Source: Flavobacteriales bacterium (GTDB lineage Bacteria; Bacteroidota; Bacteroidia; Flavobacteriales; UBA1820). From it: a stretch of DNA of 64,000 bases. The stretch is from contig JAGAUI010000001.1 in NCBI GenBank assembly GCA_017620815.1, forward strand, positions 4,774-68,773, in the 5' to 3' direction. Position numbers and translations under genes: made by a program. The notes beneath the pieces are model-generated. The model was not told the origin of the DNA, did no database searches, and saw nothing but the letters and a program-made list of their open reading frames with translations. This document shows positions 57,952 to 64,000 of the stretch, piece by piece (the stretch's first letter is position 1; every line of letters starts with the position of its first letter).

Positions 57952-59961
57952 TTATTTATATGAACGTTGCTGAACTTTGGTTTCTTCATATACTAGAGGC
58001 TCTTTGTGTAGAACAGCATTATCTATGCTGTCGCCCACCCACTGCCATGCAGATACATAAGAGAAGTTCTCGTCATCACGTTTTGCTTCACCGTCTTCTG
58101 TCTGGTGTTCTTCGCGGAAGTGTCCACCACAAGAGTCCTCACGTGAAAGAGCGTCCATAGCCATAAGCTGACCTAATTCCATAAAGTCGGCAACACGACC
58201 TGCTTTTTCTAGTTCAGGGTTAAGAGCGTGGGCTTCTCCTGGTACAAATAGATCTTTCCAGAATTCAGCTCTCAATGCACGTATTTCTTCTATGGCTTCG
58301 GTAAGGCTCTGTTTTGTACGACCCATACCTACTTTGTTCCACATGATGTTACCTAGACGTTTTGAGAATGAATCCACAGATTTGGTACCTTTTATAGACA
58401 TAAGTTTTTCTATACGAGCCTTAACGTCTTTTTCTACTGCATCAAACTCTGGAAGAGTAGTAGGTATAGGACCTGTGTGGATTTCGTCTGCTAGGTAGTT
58501 AGAGATAGTGTTTGGAAGCACATAGTAACCATCGGCTAGACCCTGCATAAGAGCAGATGCACCTAGACGGTTGGCTCCGTGGTCAGAGAAGTTACACTCA
58601 CCTAGTGCATAGCAACCCTTGATAGTGGTCATAAGCTCATAGTCAACCCAGATACCACCCATTGTATAGTGAACAGCTGGGTAAATCATCATAGGAGTTA
58701 CATATGGGTCATCATCTGTAATCATTTCATACATCTGGAAGAGGTTACCATATTTCTCTTCTACCACTTTCTTACCTAGGTCATATATCTGCTGTTCTGT
58801 AGGATTTTCCAGACCTTTCTGGTGAGCTTCTATACCACCATAACGCTGGATAGCATATTTGAAGTCTAGGTAAACGGCCTTACCAGTAGAGTTAACACCA
58901 TAACCAGCATCACAACGTTCTTTGGCTGCACGAGAAGCCACATCACGAGGAACCAAGTTACCAAATGCTGGATAACGACGTTCTAGGTAGAAGTCGCGGT
59001 CTTCGTCTGGGATTTCGGTAGGTTTCTTTTTACCTTGCTGTATAGCTTCGGCGTCTTCTTTTTTCTTTGGGACCCATATACGTCCGTCATTACGCAATGA
59101 TTCAGACATAAGGGTAAGTTTTGACTGGTGGTCACCTGTTACAGGGATACATGTAGGGTGTATCTGTGTGAAGCAAGGGTTTGCAAAATATGCACCACGT
59201 TTGAATGTAGCCCAAGCAGCAGAACCGTTTGAACCCATGGCGTTGGTAGAAAGGAAGAATACGTTACCATAACCACCAGTAGCTAGAACTACAGCATGTC
59301 CAGAATAACGTTCTATCTCACCTGTTACCATGTTACGAACGATGATACCACGAGCTTTTCCATCTACTACTACTAGGTCTAGCATTTCGTGACGGTCATA
59401 AGGAGTGATTTTACCCTTACCTACCTGACGTTGGAATGCAGAATAACAACCTAGCAACAACTGCTGACCTGTCTGACCAGCTGCATAGAATGTACGAGAT
59501 ACCTGTGCACCACCAAATGAACGGTTATCTAGCTGTCCACCGTAATCACGTGCAAATGGAACACCCTGAGCCACACACTGGTCTATGATATGACCAGATA
59601 CCTGTGCTAGACGATAAACGTTGGCTTCACGAGAACGGTAGTCACCACCTTTGATAGTATCATAGAATAGACGGTATGTAGAGTCGCCGTCATTGGTATA
59701 GTTTTTATTGGCGTTGATACCACCCTGTGCAGCGATAGAGTGTGCACGACGAGCAGAATCCTGATAGAAGAAAGCTTTTACGTTGTAACCCAATTCTGCT
59801 AGTGACGCAGCAGCAGAACCACCTGCTAGACCTGTACCTACTACCAGAATATCTATTTTACGTTTATTGGCAGGGTTTACCAGACGTACGTGTTCTTTAT
59901 AGTTATCCCATTTTTTGGACAGTGGACCAGCTGGGATTTTAGCATCTAATATATTGCTCAT
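57952..59961 (-). CDS. frdA: fumarate reductase/succinate dehydrogenase flavoprotein subunit
   Basis: 669 aa with FAD-binding [10 protein letters not shown] and conserved [11 protein letters not shown] and HPT motifs. Confidence 0.9.
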   Translation of the reverse strand: MSNILDAKIPAGPLSKKWDNYKEHVRLVNPANKRKIDILVVGTGLAGGSAAASLAELGYNVKAFFYQDSARRAHSIAAQGGINANKNYTNDGDSTYRLFYDTIKGGDYRSREANVYRLAQVSGHIIDQCVAQGVPFARDYGGQLDNRSFGGAQVSRTFYAAGQTGQQLLLGCYSAFQRQVGKGKITPYDRHEMLDLVVVDGKARGIIVRNMVTGEIERYSGHAVVLATGGYGNVFFLSTNAMGSNGSAAWATFKRGAYFANPCFTQIHPTCIPVTGDHQSKLTLMSESLRNDGRIWVPKKKEDAEAIQQGKKKPTEIPDEDRDFYLERRYPAFGNLVPRDVASRAAKERCDAGYGVNSTGKAVYLDFKYAIQRYGGIEAHQKGLENPTEQQIYDLGKKVVEEKYGNLFQMYEMITDDDPYVTPMMIYPAVHYTMGGIWVDYELMTTIKGCYALGECNFSDHGANRLGASALMQGLADGYYVLPNTISNYLADEIHTGPIPTTLPEFDAVEKDVKARIEKLMSIKGTKSVDSFSKRLGNIMWNKVGMGRTKQSLTEAIEEIRALRAEFWKDLFVPGEAHALNPELEKAGRVADFMELGQLMAMDALSREDSCGGHFREEHQTEDGEAKRDDENFSYVSAWQWVGDSIDNAVLHKEPLVYEETKVQQRSYK

Positions 59962-59985
59962 TTCTTTTTCTTTTTAAAGGAGTTA

Positions 59986-60639
59986 TTAAGCTATGAAACG
60001 GCACCACAGTGCTACAAATGTGAAACCTAGTGTGATAACTGCACAATAAAGCAGAGCTAGTTTCTGCAAGCATGGCAACCATTTAACGTAAGCCTGACCA
60101 GAAGACTGGAACATTGACCAGAAACCGTGTGCCAAGTGTACGCCTAGTATCACAAACCATACTATGTATAGTATTGTGTAAAGGTCATTCTTAAATAGGT
60201 TTACAACCAATGTATAATCATCGGCAACACCTTCTGGAAGACCAGTTATCTGGATTTTTACCCAAAAGTTAACCATGTGAAGAGCGATACCGCCCAGCAC
60301 TACTAGACCTGTGAGCCACATATAACGTGAAGCCCATGATGAAGCAGCACCATAGTTAGCATTTTTGTAGTTTACTGGACGTGCAGCTGAATTTTTCACA
60401 GCCAAATACAGTCCATAGATGATGTGGACGATAAATCCAAGTGCCAAAACAGGCTGAAGTCCATATTTAATGAACGGAAGACCCATAAAATGACACATAG
60501 CGTTGTAGCTTTCCGCACCGCCTATAACAAATAGGTTAAGCGACATGTGCAACAACATAAAGATGACAAGAAATGCTCCTGTGATAGCCATAAACACTTT
60601 ACGGCCTACCGAAGAAGAGCAAAAGCATGCTTTACTCAT
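59986..60639 (-). CDS. frdC: fumarate reductase/succinate dehydrogenase cytochrome b subunit
   Basis: 217 aa with 5 TM helices, first gene of frdCAB. Confidence 0.8.
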   Translation of the reverse strand: MSKACFCSSSVGRKVFMAITGAFLVIFMLLHMSLNLFVIGGAESYNAMCHFMGLPFIKYGLQPVLALGFIVHIIYGLYLAVKNSAARPVNYKNANYGAASSWASRYMWLTGLVVLGGIALHMVNFWVKIQITGLPEGVADDYTLVVNLFKNDLYTILYIVWFVILGVHLAHGFWSMFQSSGQAYVKWLPCLQKLALLYCAVITLGFTFVALWCRFIA

Positions 60640-60776
60640 GATGTAATTGTGTTGTTTTTATTAGTTAATTTTAAATCTGATTTTTCACACTGCGAAGGTA
60701 ATCAAAATAGTGTATATACCGCCATATTTTTTTTAATACATTTTTTGTTTTTGATGTAATTTTTTTTGAAAATTTA

Positions 60777-60808
60777 TTTGGTAGTATAAAAAACATTCGT
60801 ATCTTTGC
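60777..60808 (+). promoter_or_regulatory. Bacteroides-type promoter of tRNA-Asn (TTTG-N20-TAtcTTTG)
   Basis: TTTG at 60777-60780 and TATCTTTG at 60801-60808, about 50 nt upstream of the tRNA. Confidence 0.55.
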
Positions 60809-60858
60809 ATCGCTGAAATGAAAGGGAGGGAGGCAACGACCGACCTTGACAAGCGACT

Positions 60859-60932
60859 GCCTCAGTAGCTCAGTTGGTTAGAGCACATGACTGTTAATCA
60901 TGGGGTCACTGGTTCAAGCCCAGTCTGAGGCG
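60859..60932 (+). tRNA. tRNA-Asn (anticodon GTT)
   Basis: Acceptor GCCTCAG/CTGAGGC, anticodon stem CATGA/TCATG with loop CTGTTAA, T stem ACTGG/CCAGT with loop TTCAAGC. Confidence 0.85.
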
Positions 60933-60943
60933 CAAGAAAAAAA

Positions 60944-60970
60944 AGCGAGTCAAAACGACTCGCTTTTTTT
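60944..60970 (+). terminator. intrinsic terminator of tRNA-Asn
   Basis: Stem AGCGAGTC / GACTCGCT followed by T7. Confidence 0.75.
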
Positions 60971-61019
60971 ATACCTATTTTTAAGTACAGGACATATTCA
61001 CATTACTTAATTTTAGGTA

Positions 61020-61181
61020 TTTGTAGCTTAATCTACACGTCATACATTTGCAATGTGGTAAACGATTAAACAGTGTGTTTTTTCAGCTTTACAGTTTTGA
61101 ATGTTTTTGTTTGTTTCTATTAAATGCCTATAAACACTTTTATAGCATGATAAAATCCCACACGCGTGGGATTTTTTATTT
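61020..61181 (+). ncRNA. candidate ~125-nt small RNA delimited by a consensus promoter and an intrinsic terminator
   Basis: TTTG (61020-61023), a 19-nt spacer, then TAcaTTTG (61043-61050). The terminator stem is TAAAATCCCAC / GTGGGATTTTA (about 61151-61176) followed by TTTTTATTTT. The longest ORF inside is about 10 codons. Confidence 0.35.
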
Positions 61182-61255
61182 TCCTCCCCCCCCCTGACGG
61201 GAAAACCACGCCGGCAGGCAGCACATACCTTTGAAGCAACAAAGAAAAGATGAAT

Positions 61256-61315
61256 AAAAAAAGCAGCCCGCAGGGCTGCATCATAAAAAACGCCTCCCAT
61301 CGGGAGGCGTTTTTA
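61256..61315 (-). terminator. two tandem intrinsic terminators downstream of rplS
   Basis: ACGCCTCCC/GGGAGGCGT (61290-61310) and GCAGCCC/GGGCTGC (61263-61279), each followed by a T-run on the minus strand. Confidence 0.75.
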
Positions 61316-61336
61316 TAGTCAGAATTACCTTCGTTC

Positions 61337-61693
61337 TTATTTTGTGGTAACAATACGCTCTTTGATACGAGCTTTTTTACCTGTAAGTGCACGCAAGTAG
61401 AATATACGAGCACGACGTACTTTACCGCTCTTGTTAAGCTCTATCTTCTGGATAGCAGGCATGTTAAATGGGAAGATACGTTCTACACCTACTGTTCCAG
61501 ACATCTTGCGGATAGTAAATGTTTTGGTAGCTCCCTGACCGCGTAGCTGTATAACTACTCCGCGGAAGAACTGAGTACGAGTCTTGTTACCCTCACGTAT
61601 TTCGTAGTAAACCGTGATAGTATCACCAGCACGGAATTTAGGGTATTCTTTTTTCTCTACGAATGAATCCTGTACGTATTTAACTAAATCCAT
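61337..61693 (-). CDS. rplS: 50S ribosomal protein L19
   Basis: MDLVKYVQDSFVEKKEYPKFRAGDTITVYYEIREGNKTRTQFFRGVVIQLRG... Start at ATG 61693. The ORF extension to 61807 covers the promoter and leader. Confidence 0.9.
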   Translation of the reverse strand: MDLVKYVQDSFVEKKEYPKFRAGDTITVYYEIREGNKTRTQFFRGVVIQLRGQGATKTFTIRKMSGTVGVERIFPFNMPAIQKIELNKSGKVRRARIFYLRALTGKKARIKERIVTTK

Positions 61694-61814
61694 TTTTATG
61701 TAAATGATTAAAATGTTATACTCGAAACCTACATACACGGCCCTCGTCAGAGGTAGGCACGAGGAGATATGAGCTTTCCCCATATCAGGTTGCAAATGTA
61801 CTACCATTTTTTTA
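61694..61814 (-). promoter_or_regulatory. rplS promoter (TTTG-N20-TAcaTTTG) and a structured ~85-90-nt 5' leader
   Basis: -33 TTTG (plus-strand CAAA at 61811-61814) and -7 TACATTTG (plus 61783-61790). The leader contains hairpins GATATG/CATATC and CCTCGT/ACGAGG, with a CCTAC/GTAGG alternative. Confidence 0.5.
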
Positions 61815-61918
61815 ATTTACCAAATACATAAAAAAATATCTCACATCATTTTTTCATTATTTTTTAAGACACTATATTTGCCCCTACATATGCCCACAAG
61901 ACACATTATACACATAAA

Positions 61919-62806
61919 ATGAAGCTATCCAAATACATATACCATCTCCTCGCCATCGCTGTTATAGTCGTGTGGGGCTCTACTTTTGTCTCCACCAAAG
62001 TGCTTATAAACCAAGGCATGCACCCCGATGAGATATTTTTTTATCGTTTTCTTATAGCATACATAGGCATTTGGTTTTGTGGGAAACAAAGACTATGGGC
62101 AGAAAACATAAAAGATGAAATACTGCTGGCTCTGGCGGGCATTATGGGAGGTTCGTTGTATTTTGTGGGAGAGAACCGAGCATTAGAGTTGGCACAAGCA
62201 TCAGACGTTTCATTTATAGTATCCACCACACCGCTACTTACCACATGGGGAGCATTTATATTTTTCCGCAAAAGCCAAAATGTTCTTTTCTATATTTCAT
62301 CTCTGCTAGCTCTAGCAGGAGTAGCGATGATAGTATATAACGGAAGTTATTCGCTGGAGATAAATCCCGTAGGATATGCATTGGCTCTTATAGCAGCAGT
62401 AGGTTGGGCGGTATATAGCATAGCTGTAAAAAAAGTAGAGAGCCGCTACTCAAACATATTTATAACCCGCAAGATATTCTTCTATGGGGTGATAACCATA
62501 ATACCTCTGCTATGGATAAACAGCGAGCAAATGTCCTCTCCTATATCTCTTATAGAAAACCAAGTAATAGTAGGCAATATATTGTTTCTGGGCGTTCTAG
62601 CTTCGCTGGTGTGTTTTATACTATGGAACATAGTATTGCGTCATCTGGGATTAGTCGCCTCCACCAACTATCTATTTGTAAACCCAGTAATCACACTCAT
62701 AGCATCGGCTATATTCCTAGATGAAAGCATAACTTTTCTAGGAATAGCAGGTTCGGCAGCGGTTCTTCTAGGCGTAGTCATCGCCTCAAAAAACACTTCC
62801 GACTAA
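61919..62806 (+). CDS. DMT-superfamily (EamA-like) transporter
   Basis: 295 aa with 10 TM helices in two EamA-type halves. Confidence 0.75.
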   Translation: MKLSKYIYHLLAIAVIVVWGSTFVSTKVLINQGMHPDEIFFYRFLIAYIGIWFCGKQRLWAENIKDEILLALAGIMGGSLYFVGENRALELAQASDVSFIVSTTPLLTTWGAFIFFRKSQNVLFYISSLLALAGVAMIVYNGSYSLEINPVGYALALIAAVGWAVYSIAVKKVESRYSNIFITRKIFFYGVITIIPLLWINSEQMSSPISLIENQVIVGNILFLGVLASLVCFILWNIVLRHLGLVASTNYLFVNPVITLIASAIFLDESITFLGIAGSAAVLLGVVIASKNTSD

Positions 62807-63998
62807 TCTCCTATATAACGAGCCGTATAAGACTCTTTGCAGTCTTTAAGGTCTTTTACTCTCCCCGCAAAAACAACAGTTCCTCCCTTATTACCTCCTT
62901 CGGGACCTAGGTCTATCACATAGTCGGCACAACGCACTACATCGGCATTGTGTTCTATCACTATGATGCTATGCCCCATACTTATAAGCGTATCAAATGC
63001 CGCAAGCAGTTTTTTAACATCGTGAAAATGGAGTCCCGTAGTCGGTTCGTCAAATATAAACAGTGTACGCGTAGTAAGACGTCCTTTACCTAGATATGAT
63101 GCGAGTTTGACACGCTGTGCTTCACCTCCCGAAAGCGTAGATGATGGTTGTCCTAGGTGTATGTATCCCAATCCCACATCCTGCAAAGGGCGTAGTTTTT
63201 CGGCTATTTTTTCCTGTCCATTGGCAGAGAAGAATTCTACAGCCTCATCAACGGTCATATCCAGCACGTCTGATATGCTCTTCCCAGCAAACGTTACTTC
63301 CAGCACTTCGCGTTTGAAGCGTTTACCTCCACATGCCTCACATGTGAGATGAACATCGGCCATAAACTGCATCTGTACAACTACCTCGCCATCTCCCTTA
63401 CATACAGGACAACGTCCCTTATCTGCATTAAAACTGAAGTGTTGGGCGGTAAATCCTCTTACTTTGGATAGTTTTTGAGAGCCATAGAGAGCTCTTATAT
63501 CATCATAAGCCTTGACATATGTAACGGGATTGGAACGGGAGGACTTACCTATAGGATTCTGGTCAACCATCTCCACTGCACCTATAGAATCTATATCCCC
63601 ACACACCTCACTACATTCGCCTACTTTATCGGCGGTATCATTACATATACGCGAGAGTGCTGGATATAGTATATCCCTCACCAGAGTACTCTACCACTAC
63701 CCGATACTCCCGTTACCACAGTGAGCATATCCAACGGAAAACGAACGTCTATATTTTTAAGATTGTGTTCGCGGGCTCCTTTCACTTCTATATATTTTCT
63801 TATGGGACGAGGTGTTTGCGGAGCCTCTATCTTGAGAGTCCCATTGAGGTATTTGGCTGTGAGGGTATCGGCATTGACTATGTCTTTACCTTCTCCACAA
63901 TACACTACCTCTCCTCCAGCATTCCCTGCCAATGGACCTATATCCACCAGCACATCTGCTGCACGTATAACATCGGCATCGTGTTCTACCACCACCAC
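62803..63998 (-). pseudogene. uvrA: excinuclease ABC subunit A, C-terminal half (gene continues right of the window), frameshifted in the second Walker A motif
   Basis: ORF 63678..63998 ends ...[15 protein letters not shown] and ORF 62803..63681 starts (V)RDILYPAL.... Restoring one A in the lysine codon (only AG remains, plus 63691-63692) gives the canonical [19 protein letters not shown]. Confidence 0.8.
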
Positions 63999-64000
63999 AG

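Noticed and set aside
61040-61413. ORFs 61040..61300 (86 aa) and 61120..61413 (97 aa) on the minus strand.
   Set aside because: They run through four terminator hairpins and a poly-G tract. One overlaps the 3' end of rplS. Their translations are low-complexity with no recognisable motif. The region is better explained as non-coding.
1-64000. CRISPR arrays, rRNA genes, IS elements or transposases, integrases, toxin-antitoxin pairs, reverse transcriptases.
   Set aside because: I read through both strands and all intergenic regions and found no spaced direct-repeat arrays and no recognisable recombinase, transposase or RT motifs. The only mobile-DNA signatures are the decayed guaA islet and the orphan tape-measure-like gene.

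Overview
This window looks like a Bacteroidales-type chromosomal segment. Supporting signs are TTTG/TAnnTTTG promoters, a T9SS C-terminal sorting domain, bamD-rpoZ and DUF4271-hemD synteny, frdCAB and 6-bladed beta-propeller lipoproteins. It is AT-rich by eye; GC was not computed. It holds about 60 protein genes (mostly on the minus strand), 2 tRNAs (Gln-CTG, Asn-GTT) and many GC-rich intrinsic terminators. I saw no rRNA, CRISPR array, integrase or transposase.

Gene content is mainly housekeeping:
- Menaquinone and respiration: menB, menF, a DHNA-CoA thioesterase-like gene, cydAB, frdCAB.
- Nucleotide metabolism: class II RNR nrdJ, a GMP-synthase paralogue, purT.
- RNA and translation: rnpA, rnhA, rpoZ, rplS.
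- Envelope: bamD, an Omp85-like barrel, a LysM protein, a GT39-like transferase, a T9SS cargo protein.
- Other: two ECF sigma/anti-sigma pairs, GH3 plus manA, and an RND efflux operon with two pump genes.

Points worth a second look:
1. A 1.6-kb AT-rich two-gene islet sits at the 3' end of the GMP-synthase paralogue. It carries a PD-(D/E)xK-like protein and a broken small HTH gene. It is bounded by a 15-bp direct repeat that duplicates the gene's last codons, and the displaced original terminator is still in place.
2. An ECF-type promoter motif, AACCTTTT-N(15-16 to the -10)-(C/T)GTCTAA, recurs in front of an ECF sigma gene and two other operons.
3. Five conserved genes are disrupted. Adjacent cydB and an MBL hydrolase each carry an in-frame TGA. 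uvrA (in its Walker A motif), a periplasmic protein and the islet HTH gene each carry a 1-nt indel at an A or A-run.
4. An orphan phage tape-measure-like gene lies next to tRNA-Gln.
5. A promoter-plus-terminator-delimited sRNA candidate lies downstream of tRNA-Asn.
6. Two 9-nt poly-C tracts are present, one just upstream of a lipoprotein promoter.

All calls rest on reading the translations and sequence by hand. No database search was run.
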